This document shows, in pieces, positions 1-10,451 of a stretch of 64,000 bases of DNA (its first letter is position 1; every line of letters begins with the position of its first letter). The DNA comes from Pseudomonadota bacterium. Its GTDB lineage: Bacteria; Myxococcota; JACRCW01; JAFGSX01. Made by a program: the position numbers and the translations under genes. The stretch lies in the NCBI GenBank assembly GCA_043821645.1, contig JBDRCO010000087.1, positions 128,001 to 192,000 of the forward strand, read 5' to 3'. Below the pieces are notes generated by a model. It did no database searches. It worked only from the letters and a program-made list of their open reading frames with translations, and was not told the origin of the DNA.

Positions 1-5
1 GAGTC

Positions 6-1913
6 GTGACCCACGCTCAAAAACCGCTCAGCCCGGCGCAGCTCCTCACCGTCGACACCCTGGCGCGGGCGCTGATTCCTGCGGGCGAGCGTATCCCTGC
101 CGCGGACCAGATCTCCGTCGACGCCCTGTGGGAGTTCCTGGGCGCGATCTCCCCCCGCGCACCCGGGTTCTATGCCATTCTGGCCCGTTCGCTGGACCTG
201 CTGGCCCTGGCGCAGACAGGGCACCGCTTGCACCGCCTGTCCGTGGAGCAGCGCGACAGCGTGCTGGACCGCTGGCAGCAGCTGCCGGCTCTGCGCTGGC
301 TCCTGTTTGGCCTGGGCTTTCCGCTCAAGCTGGTGCACTTCGATCATCCGCGGGTCTACCAGCGCTACGACTGTCCCTATCATCGCGACGCCAAGGTGGA
401 GCCCGCGCGCTGGCTGCAGCAGATCGTGCCTGCCGCGGACTGGCAGGACGGCGACATCGAGTGCGACGCCGTGGTCATCGGCAGTGGAGCGGGTGGCGCC
501 GTCGTGGCACACGAACTCGCCGCCCGGGGGCACGCCGTGCTCATCGTCGAGCAGGGTGAGCACTACAGGCGCGATGCCTTTGACGGCAATGCCCGGCGCG
601 CGGCGCAGCGCTTCTACCTCGGCCGGGGCGGGCTCGCCTCGGTCGGCAACACAGTCATCCCCATCACCGTGGGGCGCATGGTGGGTGGCTCCACCGCGCT
701 CAACACCGCGACCTGTTTCCGGACGCCGGACTGGGTCCTCGACGAGTGGTGCGAGCGCCTGGGCTCGGACGCCCTGTCCCCGACGCGCATGGAGCCCTAC
801 TTCGAGCGCATCGAGACCGCGCTGCGCATAGCCCCGAACGAGCCGAAGTACATCGGGCCCATCGGCGACATCGTGGCGCGGGGATGCGAGCGCCTGGGCT
901 GGCATCACTTCGCGGTGCGTCGCAACGCCCCCGACTGCGATGGCCAGGGCGTGTGCGACTTCGGCTGTCCGACGGACGCGCGCCTGAGTACCAACGTCTC
1001 CTACGTGCCCTGGGCGCTGATGCGCAGTGCGCTGATGCTCACGGGCGCCCGCGCCGACCGGGTGTGGGTCGAGAACGGACGCGCTGTTGGGGTCGAGGTG
1101 ACGGCACCCGCCACCGGGCGCACGCTACGGGTGCGGGCGCGGGTCACGGTGCTTGCGGGCGGTGCGATTCCAACACCCATCTTGCTGCAGCGCCAGGGCC
1201 TGTGCACCAGGAGCGGCCAGGTCGGGCGCAACCTCTCCCTGCACCCGGCCTCGGCCCTGTCGGCGCTGTTTGACGAGGATGTGTACGGCTACAACCACAT
1301 ACCTCAGGGCTACGGCTGCGACGAGTTCCTGCGCCAGGGCATCCTGCTGCTGGGTGCCTCGGCCATGCTCGACCTGGGACCCGCGATGTTCAATCTCAGC
1401 GGGCGGCGCTTCTCGGCGCTGGTGGACCGCTACCACCAGATCGCGACCTTCGGCATCATGATCGAGGATCCCTCACGCAACGGCGTGGTGCGCCCCGGGC
1501 CCGGAGGTCGGCCCCTGATCACCTACAACCTGCAAGCCCAGGACGTGCAGCGGCTGCACCAGGGCATGACCCGGGTCATGCAGATCTTCGAGGCGGCGGG
1601 GGCGCGATCCTTCTATCCGACGCTGCCCCGACACCCCGCGTTCGAGGGTGACGATGCGATCGCGCGCTTTCGCGAGCTGCAGCTGCGCCCCAGCGACTTC
1701 ATCTGTGTCAGCTTTCACCCCATCGGCACCTGCCAGATGGGCCAGGACCCGAGGCGCAGCGTGGTAGATCTGCAGCACCAGGCCCACGACCTGCCCGGTC
1801 TGTACATCGTCGACGGGAGTGCCCTGCCCGGACCTCCCGGGGTGAACCCGCAGCTCACCATCCTGGCCGTGGCGGCTCGAGCCGCGGATGGCATCGCCAG
1901 GGAGCTGCAGTGA
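6..1913 (+). CDS. GMC family oxidoreductase with N-terminal gluconate-2-dehydrogenase subunit 3-like region
   Basis: FAD-binding VIGSGAGG, GRMVGGSTALN, Cys motif CDGQGVCDFGCP, C-terminal HPIGTC and GVNPQLTI. GTG start at 6 is close to the window edge. Confidence 0.85.
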   Translation: MTHAQKPLSPAQLLTVDTLARALIPAGERIPAADQISVDALWEFLGAISPRAPGFYAILARSLDLLALAQTGHRLHRLSVEQRDSVLDRWQQLPALRWLLFGLGFPLKLVHFDHPRVYQRYDCPYHRDAKVEPARWLQQIVPAADWQDGDIECDAVVIGSGAGGAVVAHELAARGHAVLIVEQGEHYRRDAFDGNARRAAQRFYLGRGGLASVGNTVIPITVGRMVGGSTALNTATCFRTPDWVLDEWCERLGSDALSPTRMEPYFERIETALRIAPNEPKYIGPIGDIVARGCERLGWHHFAVRRNAPDCDGQGVCDFGCPTDARLSTNVSYVPWALMRSALMLTGARADRVWVENGRAVGVEVTAPATGRTLRVRARVTVLAGGAIPTPILLQRQGLCTRSGQVGRNLSLHPASALSALFDEDVYGYNHIPQGYGCDEFLRQGILLLGASAMLDLGPAMFNLSGRRFSALVDRYHQIATFGIMIEDPSRNGVVRPGPGGRPLITYNLQAQDVQRLHQGMTRVMQIFEAAGARSFYPTLPRHPAFEGDDAIARFRELQLRPSDFICVSFHPIGTCQMGQDPRRSVVDLQHQAHDLPGLYIVDGSALPGPPGVNPQLTILAVAARAADGIARELQ

Positions 1914-2001
1914 GGCGCCGGCCTTGTCTGGCACCACCATTTCGCTACGTTGTCAGCTGTCGGCGCCTGGGCCAGGCCAGCGACCACCACCGGAGGGCTT
2001 C

Positions 2002-4896
2002 GTGACGACGACCCATGGCTTCGAACTGCAGCGCGAGCAGCACATCCTGGAGCTCAACAGCACCGCGCGGATCTACCGCCACCTGAGGACCGGCGCACGC
2101 CTGCTCTCCGTCCTCAATGACGACGAGAACAAGGTCTTCGGGGTCAGCTTTCGTACACCCGCCCAGGACTCGACAGGTGTGGCACACATCCTCGAGCACT
2201 CGGTGCTGTGTGGCTCGGACCGCTACCCGACCAAGGAGCCCTTCGTCGAGCTGCTCAAGGGTTCGCTGCAGACCTTCCTCAATGCCATGACCTACCCCGA
2301 TAAAACCTGTTACCCGGTGGCCAGCGCCAACCTGCAAGACTTCTACAACCTGGTCGACGTGTACCTGGACGCCGTGTTTCACCCGAGACTGACGCCCATG
2401 ACGCTGATGCAGGAGGGCTGGCACCACGAGGTCGATGACGACGGCACGCTGTCCTACAAGGGCGTGGTCTTCAACGAGATGAAGGGTGTCTATTCCTCGC
2501 CCGACAGCTTGCTGGCGCAGCTGTCGCAGCAGGTCCTGTTTCCGGACACGACCTATGGCCTGGAGTCGGGTGGAGATCCCAGGCACATTCCCGAGCTGAG
2601 CTGGAAGGCGTTCTCCACCTTTCACCGCACGCTCTACCATCCTTCGAACAGCTACAGCTTCTACTACGGCGACGATCCCGAGGAGCGGCGCCTGCAGATC
2701 CTGGACGCGGTCTTTTCGGGCTTCGATGCGCTCTCCGTCGACACTGCGGTGCCCCTGCAGCGTCCCTTTGCCGAGCCTCGGCAGCTCACCGCGCCCTATG
2801 TGGCCAGCGACGACAGCGGCAAGGCCCTGTTCACGCTCGGGGCCGTGGTGGGCGAGACCGCAGATGCGCACCGCAACCTGGCCTGGCAGATCCTCGAGCA
2901 CGTGCTCATTGGCCTGCCCTCGTCACCGCTGCGCAAGGCCCTGACTGACAGCGGACTGGGTGAGGACCTGTGCGGCGCCGGCCTCGAAGGGGACCTGCGC
3001 CAGCTTTACTTCTCGGTGGGGCTCAGGGGTATCGCCGTCGAGGACGTGGACCGCGCAGAGGATCTGATCCACGACACCCTGCAGCAGCTGGTCACGCAGG
3101 GGATCCCGGCCGCGGACATCGAGGCCGCCCTCAACTCGATCGAGTTCCACTTGCGCGAGCAGAACACCGGGTCGTACCCGCGCGGTCTGTCCATGATGAT
3201 GGAGGCGCTGTGTAGCTGGCTCCACGACGGGGACCCACTGGCCCTGCTGCCCTTCGAAGACTCACTGGGCACCCTGAGGCAACGTCTGGCTTCGGGTGAG
3301 CGCGTGTTCGAGGACATGCTACAGCGCGATATTTTGGACAACCCGCATTGTGCCCGGGTCACCCTGGTGCCGGACCGCGAGCTGGGGGCGCGACAGGAAG
3401 CCGAGGAGCGTGCGCGTCTCGACGCCGCCCGAGCCCAGCTCGATGATGCGGCCCTGCAGCAGCTGCGCGCCGGTGCCGAGGCCTTGCAACAACGCCAGGA
3501 GGCGCCGGACCGGCCCGAGGACCTGGCCACGATCCCGCGCCTTGGCGTCGCGGACATGCCCCTTCGCAACGTGCCCATTCCGGTGGACACGCGATCCCAT
3601 GCTGGCGTTCCCGTGCTGTGCCATCCCCTGAATACCAGGGGTATCGTCTACCTCGATCTGGGATTCGACCTGCGCGCCCTGCCCGATGCCCTGCTGCCAC
3701 TGGGTGGTCTGCTGGGGCGTGCGCTCACCGAGATGGGGACGCACCGGACCGACTTCGTTGCCCTGATGCAGCGCATCGCCAGCCGCACCGGCGGCATCGA
3801 CCCTAGGCTGCTCATCTCGGCGAGGCACGACGACAGCTCTCCCCTGGCGCGCCTGCTGCTGCGCGGCAAGGCCACCATCGACCAGGTCGAGGAGCTGTGT
3901 GCTCTGATGGGCGAGATGATCCTCGAGCCCCGGCTCGATGACGCCGAGCGATTCTCGCAGATCGCCCTCGAGTCCAAGGCAAGGCGTGAGGAGTCCCTGA
4001 TTCCGTCGGGACACCAGGCCGCGGCCACGCGGTTGCGCGCGCGGCGCGGCGAGGCGGGGACCTATGCAGAGCGCATGCACGGCGTCGAGAGCGTGTTCTT
4101 CGTGCGGCAGTTGCTCGAGCGTTGCACCGAGAACGACGCGTCGGTGCAACGCGACCTCGAGATGGTGCACCAGCACGTGGTCAGGCGCGAGGGTGCCATC
4201 GCCAACCTCACCGCGGACGAGGCCAATCTGCCCCGTGCTCTGGCAGCGCTCGAGGGGCTCATCGATGCGCTGCCGTCGCGCGACCTGTCTGGGGTGACCC
4301 GCACCCTCCTCGACAGCCCCCTGCGCGAAGGCCTGGCTTTGCCCTCGCAGGTGCACTACGTCGGCTGCGGCGGTGATGCCTACGCCGCAGGCTACCGTTA
4401 CAGCGGTGCGGCCCACGTGGTCAGTCGCTACCTGAGCACGACCTACCTGTGGGACCGCGTGCGCGTGCAGGGAGGGGCTTACGGGGCCTTCTGCATGTTC
4501 GATCGCCTGAGTGGCCACCTGGGTTTCGTGTCCTACCGCGACCCCAACACCACGCGCACCGTCGAGGCCTTTCGAGGTGCTGCCGCCTACTTGCGCGACA
4601 ATCCGCCGGTCGAGGAGGAGATGCACAAGGCCATCGTGGGCGCCATCGGCGAAATCGATCGTTACATGCTGCCCGACCAGAAGGGATTCTCGTCGCTGGC
4701 GCGACACCTCACGGGTGAGGATGAGGACTTCCGGCAGCGGGTGCGCGAGCAGGTCCTGGGGACCACGGCCAAGGATTTTGTGGACTTCGCCGTCGCTGCC
4801 CAGGCCGTGGCGGATCAGGGCGACCTGTGCGTGGTGGGCGATGAGGCGTCCCTGAGCAACAGTGGCCTGGAGCTACAGATCACGAAGGTGCTGTGA
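2002..4896 (+). CDS. M16C insulinase-family metallopeptidase (presequence protease PreP-like)
   Basis: Inverted zincin HILEH motif, FLNAMTYPDKTCYP, YKGVVFNEMKG, VRVQGGAYG, SYRDPN. GTG at 2002 follows GGAGG. Confidence 0.93.
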   Translation: MTTTHGFELQREQHILELNSTARIYRHLRTGARLLSVLNDDENKVFGVSFRTPAQDSTGVAHILEHSVLCGSDRYPTKEPFVELLKGSLQTFLNAMTYPDKTCYPVASANLQDFYNLVDVYLDAVFHPRLTPMTLMQEGWHHEVDDDGTLSYKGVVFNEMKGVYSSPDSLLAQLSQQVLFPDTTYGLESGGDPRHIPELSWKAFSTFHRTLYHPSNSYSFYYGDDPEERRLQILDAVFSGFDALSVDTAVPLQRPFAEPRQLTAPYVASDDSGKALFTLGAVVGETADAHRNLAWQILEHVLIGLPSSPLRKALTDSGLGEDLCGAGLEGDLRQLYFSVGLRGIAVEDVDRAEDLIHDTLQQLVTQGIPAADIEAALNSIEFHLREQNTGSYPRGLSMMMEALCSWLHDGDPLALLPFEDSLGTLRQRLASGERVFEDMLQRDILDNPHCARVTLVPDRELGARQEAEERARLDAARAQLDDAALQQLRAGAEALQQRQEAPDRPEDLATIPRLGVADMPLRNVPIPVDTRSHAGVPVLCHPLNTRGIVYLDLGFDLRALPDALLPLGGLLGRALTEMGTHRTDFVALMQRIASRTGGIDPRLLISARHDDSSPLARLLLRGKATIDQVEELCALMGEMILEPRLDDAERFSQIALESKARREESLIPSGHQAAATRLRARRGEAGTYAERMHGVESVFFVRQLLERCTENDASVQRDLEMVHQHVVRREGAIANLTADEANLPRALAALEGLIDALPSRDLSGVTRTLLDSPLREGLALPSQVHYVGCGGDAYAAGYRYSGAAHVVSRYLSTTYLWDRVRVQGGAYGAFCMFDRLSGHLGFVSYRDPNTTRTVEAFRGAAAYLRDNPPVEEEMHKAIVGAIGEIDRYMLPDQKGFSSLARHLTGEDEDFRQRVREQVLGTTAKDFVDFAVAAQAVADQGDLCVVGDEASLSNSGLELQITKVL

Positions 4897-4931
4897 CCCT
4901 GGGCGACCGCTGACGACGGGCCCGCGCGCGA

Positions 4932-5969
4932 TCATACCGTGCGCAGACGGAGACATGCCTCCAGGTGTCCCGACAGCAGGCCGCGATCATTGCGCACCTC
5001 GGGTCGCGCGTGGCGTTGCAGGGACGGGGGCAGGTGTGCGGGGTCGAGCACGCCAAGCTGACAGAGAACCTCGACGCAGATGGCGCCGAGTGCGCGCATG
5101 TTGCCGTCGTGGACCTTGATCGCGATGGCCAGCTCGGGCTCGGCCAGGGCGATGAGTTCGATGGCCTCGGCGCCGATCTTGGCGACCAGCCGACCCGGGA
5201 GCGCGCAGGCCAGGTCGAGGTCCAACCGCCCCTGACCCGAGACCATCTCGGGGTGCGCCAGCATGGCGCCGCGGATCCTCGCCAGGTGGGTCTGCTCGAC
5301 GCTGCGATCAGCACGGGCCCGAGCCAGCTTGAGGTAGGCCCGGGCGAGCTGCACCAGGGGCAGTGCGTAGTTGGGGGCGGAGCAACCGTCGACCGCCGGT
5401 TCGAGGGAGCTGAGCTCGACCTCGCACAGATCCGACAGCGCCTGTCGCACCTGGCGCTGGGTGGGACTGTCCGGGTCCAGATAGCGCTCGCTGGCATCGC
5501 CGAGGTGGCGCGCCAGTGCCAAAAAGCCGGAGTGCTTGCCCGAACAGTTGTGGCGCAGGGGATCGCGTTCCTCGCCGCCGGTGGGGAACAGCTTCTGCTC
5601 CTGCATCCACAGTGGCCAGTGGCTGCCACATTGCAGATGGCCCGCACCGTGCTGGCTCGCGCGCAGATTGCGATCGACGACGGCGCGATGGGCATCGGTC
5701 CCGGTGTGCGAGCCCGCCATGATGGCAAGCTGCTCGGGGGCGAGGCAGAAGTGGTCGGCAGCACCCGATGCCAGCAGCGGGAACAGTTGCAAGGGCTTGA
5801 GAGACGAACGGCCCAGGGTGACCAGATCCGGATCGCCCGCCGCGCAGCGGATCGCGCCATCGCCCTCGACCACGACGATGCTGGCGCGGTGCCAGGCCTC
5901 GACCTGGTGGCCGCGATACACCCGGGCTGCCAGCACGCCGGAGTCGCCTGGCGTTCGAATTTCGGACAT
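4932..5969 (-). CDS. L-asparaginase II family (Rhizobium etli type) protein
   Basis: RSSLKP, HNCSGKH, DGC and AKIGAE motifs. Start could be 5969 (ATG) or 5984. Confidence 0.88.
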   Translation of the reverse strand: MSEIRTPGDSGVLAARVYRGHQVEAWHRASIVVVEGDGAIRCAAGDPDLVTLGRSSLKPLQLFPLLASGAADHFCLAPEQLAIMAGSHTGTDAHRAVVDRNLRASQHGAGHLQCGSHWPLWMQEQKLFPTGGEERDPLRHNCSGKHSGFLALARHLGDASERYLDPDSPTQRQVRQALSDLCEVELSSLEPAVDGCSAPNYALPLVQLARAYLKLARARADRSVEQTHLARIRGAMLAHPEMVSGQGRLDLDLACALPGRLVAKIGAEAIELIALAEPELAIAIKVHDGNMRALGAICVEVLCQLGVLDPAHLPPSLQRHARPEVRNDRGLLSGHLEACLRLRTV

Positions 5970-6010
5970 TTCATCCACCCGCAAACTGGCGCGCTGCTAC
6001 CGCCCGCTCG

Positions 6011-7960
6011 CTACTTGGTGGGTTTCCTGGCCAGGATCGCCTCCATCTCGGCCAGGGTGCGATCCAGGAGCGCAGCCGCGGCGTTGACGGCGTCCGGTTT
6101 GGTGAGATCGACGCCGGCACCCTTGAGCAACTCGAGGGGAGGCTTCGAGTTGCCGCCGCGCAACATGTTCAGGTACGCCTCGCGTTCCTTGTCTCCGCCC
6201 TTCTGGATGCGCTCGGCGATGGCGATGCCCGACGACAGACCGGTGGCATACGAGAACATGTAGTACTTGTAGTAGAAGTGCGGGATGTACGCCCACTCGA
6301 CACCGTCGTTGGCTCCGAGGGTGAAGTCAGGACCGTAGTACTGGCGGATCAGCTTCTCGTAGGTGGCGTTGAACCAGTCGGCGGTGAGCGGGGTACCGGC
6401 TTCCGCGGCGGTGTGCGCGAGCCATTCGAACTCGGCGAAAAGCGTCTGGCGGTAGATCGTGGTGCGGATGGTCTCGACCAGCTCGTTGAGCAGGTACATC
6501 CGCTCGTCGTCCGTCTTGGCCTGCTGGTACAGGAAATCGTGCAGCAGCTTCTCGTTGCAGGTACTGGCAATCTCCGCGACGAAGGGGGCGTAGCTGGCCG
6601 TGACGTAGGGTTGCGTGGACATGGAAAGGTCGCTGTGCAAGGCGTGCCCGTACTCGTGGGCCAGGGTCGACAGGTCATCGTGCTCGTCGAAGTAGTTCAT
6701 CTTCACATAGGGATGCACCCCGAACACGCTCGAGGAGAAGGCCCCGGAGTCCTTGTCCTTGTGGGGATACACGTCGATCCAACCCTGCGCCGGATCCAGG
6801 CCCTTGCGCAGCACCTCGACGTAGGTGGTTCCCAGGGGCGCCAGGGCCTGCGGCAAGACCTGCTGCGCCACGTCGTAGGGGAAGCTCATCTTCACGCTCT
6901 TCACCATGGGCGTGTACAGATCGTAGATGTGCAGCTCGTCGACCTTCATGATGCGCTTGCGCAGCTTCACGTAGCGGTGCAGCGGCGCCAGGTTCTGATG
7001 AATGGCGTCGATCAAGTTGGTGTAGACCCTGGGATCGATGTTGTCCTTGTCGAGATACGCCGCGAGAGCGGTGTCATAGCCGCGGGACCGCGCGTAAAAG
7101 ATGTTCTGGCGAAACTGTCCGCTCAGGGTCGAGGCCAGGGCGTGCCGGTATTGCATGAGCGAGCCAAAGAAGGACTCGACCGTGTCCTTGCGCACGCGCC
7201 GGTCCGACGATGCCCTGTACTTGCCATAGCTGGAGAAGGTGAGCTGCACCGGCTTCCCCTTCTCGTCCTTGATGGTGGGCAGGGGGAGGTCCGTGAGCAG
7301 GGCACCGAAGGTCTTCTCGAGGTCCGAGGGCAGTTCGTTGAGGTCGATCTCGGCCCACAGGTTGTCGCCCGCCAGGGATAGCACGCGCTCGGCCTCGGCG
7401 TTGAGCACGCGGCTCCGTCGGCGGCGCAGTTCGTCGATGTAGGGCTTGCTGTCCTTGAGCTTGGGCTCCTTCTTGTAAGCGGCCTGCAGGGCCTTCTCGT
7501 CGAGCGCCAGCAGCTCTTGCCGGATGAACGAGGCCTGGCTCATCAGCCCATTCATGGCGTCCAGGGCACGGTCGTTGTTGGCCTGCAGCTCCGTCGAGGA
7601 CTGGGCGCTGTCGAGGCGCATGTTTGCGTACAGCGTCGCCTTGTTGGTCAGCAGCCGGGTTTCGAAGTACAGCGCCAGGCACTCGCGCAGCTTGCGCGGA
7701 CTCTTGAGAGTCCCCTTGAAGGCCGCCAGCGCCTTGCGCTTGTGTTCCAGCGACGCCAGGGCCTGGGTCAGATCGGCGTCGCTCTCGAACAGGGGCGCGA
7801 GTTGCCACTTGTAGAGGTCTGGGATGCTGCTGCGCGGCGCATTGGCGTCAGGCGTCACGCGCACCGGAGCCGCGGCATGGATTGCCGTTCGCACGGGAAG
7901 CAGGACGAGACCGCAGGTGGCGGCGGCCAGACTCAGCAGCACGAGAGGGCGTGGGGTCAT
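6011..7960 (-). CDS. pepF: Oligoendopeptidase F (M3B), with N-terminal signal peptide
   Basis: HEYGH zinc motif, FVAEIAST, WAYIPHFY, YMFSYATG. Hydrophobic N-terminus; ATG 7960 follows GGAG. Confidence 0.92.
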   Translation of the reverse strand: MTPRPLVLLSLAAATCGLVLLPVRTAIHAAAPVRVTPDANAPRSSIPDLYKWQLAPLFESDADLTQALASLEHKRKALAAFKGTLKSPRKLRECLALYFETRLLTNKATLYANMRLDSAQSSTELQANNDRALDAMNGLMSQASFIRQELLALDEKALQAAYKKEPKLKDSKPYIDELRRRRSRVLNAEAERVLSLAGDNLWAEIDLNELPSDLEKTFGALLTDLPLPTIKDEKGKPVQLTFSSYGKYRASSDRRVRKDTVESFFGSLMQYRHALASTLSGQFRQNIFYARSRGYDTALAAYLDKDNIDPRVYTNLIDAIHQNLAPLHRYVKLRKRIMKVDELHIYDLYTPMVKSVKMSFPYDVAQQVLPQALAPLGTTYVEVLRKGLDPAQGWIDVYPHKDKDSGAFSSSVFGVHPYVKMNYFDEHDDLSTLAHEYGHALHSDLSMSTQPYVTASYAPFVAEIASTCNEKLLHDFLYQQAKTDDERMYLLNELVETIRTTIYRQTLFAEFEWLAHTAAEAGTPLTADWFNATYEKLIRQYYGPDFTLGANDGVEWAYIPHFYYKYYMFSYATGLSSGIAIAERIQKGGDKEREAYLNMLRGGNSKPPLELLKGAGVDLTKPDAVNAAAALLDRTLAEMEAILARKPTK

Positions 7961-8142
7961 GGTGGGCTCCTTGGGCCGAAGCGGGATCCTGGACGATGTC
8001 GTGGAGCTGTAGCGCTTTGACGCGCTTGGCTCAAGCCCCGCATCTGTCGTGCGCAGACCCGGGTGGGGTGCCGTCACCCTTGCGCGCTCCCCGGCCGAGG
8101 CTGTTAGCATCGGGCCCATCCAACACCTTTTGCGAGGTTCGC

Positions 8143-9147
8143 ATGATCAGACCCTACCGACCCTCGGGCAAGAGTGAGCCCGGCTCGATGTTCAAGTTGC
8201 TCGTCGTCTCCTCGGTGGCCGGCGTCATGGCCGGAGCCGTCGAGGGGGTGATCATGCACCTGGGCTTCAACCTGTTCATCGTGTTCCCGGCTGCCATCGG
8301 GCTCGCGGCCGGGGCCGTGGGGTCGCGCATCATCCGCACCGGCAAGATCCGGGCCCCCGGACAGGCCGCGCTGGTGGTGGGTCTGGCCGCGTTGCTGGGG
8401 CAGGGGGTCACCCACGTCGCGTCCTACATGATGTGGAGAGGCGAGGCGCGCGCAGAGGTCACAACCATGCGCGACCGGTCTCTCGCCGACCCCGGACTGA
8501 GTGCAGAGGACCGTGCGGAGATCGAGGGCACGACAGCGGATGCTCAGGTGGATCAGTTCCTGGCGAGTGAGGTGGGCTCCACGGGCTTTTTCGGCTACCT
8601 GCGCTTCGCGGCTCAGGTTGGCGTCACCATAGGCCGCGTGGGCGAGAGCGAGGACAAGAAACCGACCCTCACCGGCGCCGGCACCTACGCGGTGTGGGGC
8701 GTGGAATTTGCCATCGCCCTGCTGGTGGGTCTGGCGATGGCCTACGGGAAGGCGCGCGAGCCCTTCTGTGAGACCTGCAAGGCGTGGTTTGATCAGACCC
8801 TCGTGCTGGCGGTGGGAGACGGCAAGAAGGCACAGCTCAAGCAGCAACAGCAGGCGCTCGAGTCCGAGCAATTCGACACGCTGCTGACCGATGCGGTCCT
8901 GGGACAGCCCGGCGCCGGCCTGAGTTCGGTGCTGGTGCTCGACCGCTGCCGCACCTGCGAGGAGCACGAACCGGTGCTCACCCTCAAGATGGTGCGCGAG
9001 ACCAAGGGCAAGGTGCAATCGACGGACAAGATCAAGACCGTGCTCCGTGCCGATGACGCGCGCCGCCTGGTGGCCCTGGCCGAGAAGCGCATGCAGACCG
9101 CGGTTGCTGCAGAGGCGCCGGCCGAAAGCTCCGAACCGGTCGCGTGA
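8143..9147 (+). CDS. Hypothetical membrane protein with two C-terminal CxxC pairs
   Basis: Several hydrophobic segments; PFCETCKAW and RCRTCEEH; ATG 8143 follows GAGG. Confidence 0.7.
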   Translation: MIRPYRPSGKSEPGSMFKLLVVSSVAGVMAGAVEGVIMHLGFNLFIVFPAAIGLAAGAVGSRIIRTGKIRAPGQAALVVGLAALLGQGVTHVASYMMWRGEARAEVTTMRDRSLADPGLSAEDRAEIEGTTADAQVDQFLASEVGSTGFFGYLRFAAQVGVTIGRVGESEDKKPTLTGAGTYAVWGVEFAIALLVGLAMAYGKAREPFCETCKAWFDQTLVLAVGDGKKAQLKQQQQALESEQFDTLLTDAVLGQPGAGLSSVLVLDRCRTCEEHEPVLTLKMVRETKGKVQSTDKIKTVLRADDARRLVALAEKRMQTAVAAEAPAESSEPVA

Positions 9148-9293
9148 ACAAGTCTTCGCGTGTCCACAGATTCACAACACTTCTTGCATAGCGTGTGATC
9201 TCTCGACTCCGCGACGTGGCCGGTGGGGCGGCCTGGCGCGTGTCTCCGCTCGCCACCCCGGGCATCGTCCGGTCTGGCTCCACGGGAGAAGGT

Positions 9294-10439
9294 GTGAATC
9301 GGTATCCCATCCTGCTGCCCTGGCACGCGAAACGCCGGCTCGGGAAAGTCGCCATGCTCTGGCTTCTCCTGGGATTCGCGATGGCGTGCGACCCACCGAC
9401 GGCGCCCGCCGTCGAGGAGCCCACGCGTCCGGTGCGGGTCGAGCTGGTCAAGTCCGAACTGCGTCCAGTGCGCCTGCGCTACATCGGTGCCACCGGCTCG
9501 CAATCCATCAAGAAGTACAGCTTCAAGGTGGCCGGACGCGTGCAAGCGGTCTTCGTCGACAAGGGACAGCCGATCCGGCGCGGCCAGCGTCTGGCCCAGC
9601 TGGACCCCCGAGACCTCCATTTTTCCCTCGAGGGTGCCCAGTTGACCCTGAACAAGGCCGAGGAGGGGCTCAAGGACGCGCGCAGCCTGCACGAAAAGAT
9701 GGAGAAGCTCTACGGGCAGCAGGCGCGGTCACAGCTTGAATACGATCGAGCCAAGCTCAACCTCGACATCAGCGAGGCCAGCTTTCGCCAGGCCCAGGTC
9801 GACGTCGAGTACAAGCAAGGTCTGCTCGGGGATACCTCCCTGCGTAGCGAGGTCGATGGCTTCGTCGTCGAGGTGCTCAACAAGCCTGGCGAGGTGGTCG
9901 GCGCGGGCTACCCGGTGGTGGTGGTTCGCAACGACGTGCAGGTGGTCCAGGTGGGCGTGGCCCAGCGCGACGTGCCCCGGCTGAAGATCGGCGGTCGGGC
10001 CCTGATCGACGTGGACGGCGTGACGATCGACGGGCGCATCAGCCAGATCGCGCAGATTCCGGACCCTCGAAGCCGGACCTACGAGGTCGAGGTGGAGATG
10101 CTGGGACCGCCGGGTGAGCGGGCGTTCTACCTCGGAGCCATCGCGCGGGTCGAGTTCGAGGTGGGCGAGGCAGAGGGCATGTGGGTCCCGATTCAATCCC
10201 TGCTCACCGACGGCGTGGATCACGTGTTCGTGGTTGAGGCCGGGCGCGCGGTTCGCCGCAACCTGGTCCTGGGCAGCATCTCCGGCACGCGGGTGCAGGT
10301 GCAGGGACTGCGCGACGGCGACCAGCTCATCGTCGAGGGTATGAAGAACCTCAAGGAGGGCTACCAGGTCGCGGTGCTGTCGGCGCCGGTTCCGGGCTCC
10401 GAGGATGCGGGCGAGAGACTGCGGTCGTCGATGCGCTGA
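9294..10439 (+). CDS. RND efflux periplasmic adaptor (membrane fusion protein)
   Basis: SFKVAGRVQAVFVDKGQ lipoyl half, coiled coil, GEVVGAGYPV, GLRDGDQLIVEG. Lipobox-like AMAC. Start GTG 9294 (after GGAGAAGG) or ATG 9354. Confidence 0.9.
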   Translation: MNRYPILLPWHAKRRLGKVAMLWLLLGFAMACDPPTAPAVEEPTRPVRVELVKSELRPVRLRYIGATGSQSIKKYSFKVAGRVQAVFVDKGQPIRRGQRLAQLDPRDLHFSLEGAQLTLNKAEEGLKDARSLHEKMEKLYGQQARSQLEYDRAKLNLDISEASFRQAQVDVEYKQGLLGDTSLRSEVDGFVVEVLNKPGEVVGAGYPVVVVRNDVQVVQVGVAQRDVPRLKIGGRALIDVDGVTIDGRISQIAQIPDPRSRTYEVEVEMLGPPGERAFYLGAIARVEFEVGEAEGMWVPIQSLLTDGVDHVFVVEAGRAVRRNLVLGSISGTRVQVQGLRDGDQLIVEGMKNLKEGYQVAVLSAPVPGSEDAGERLRSSMR

Positions 10440-10451
10440 GAGGTGGGAATC

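Noticed and set aside
9155-9195. Possible OmpR-family binding repeats (TCCACA/TTCACA) upstream of the efflux operon
   Set aside because: The 8-nt spacing does not fit the usual 10-11-nt direct repeat; too weak to call.
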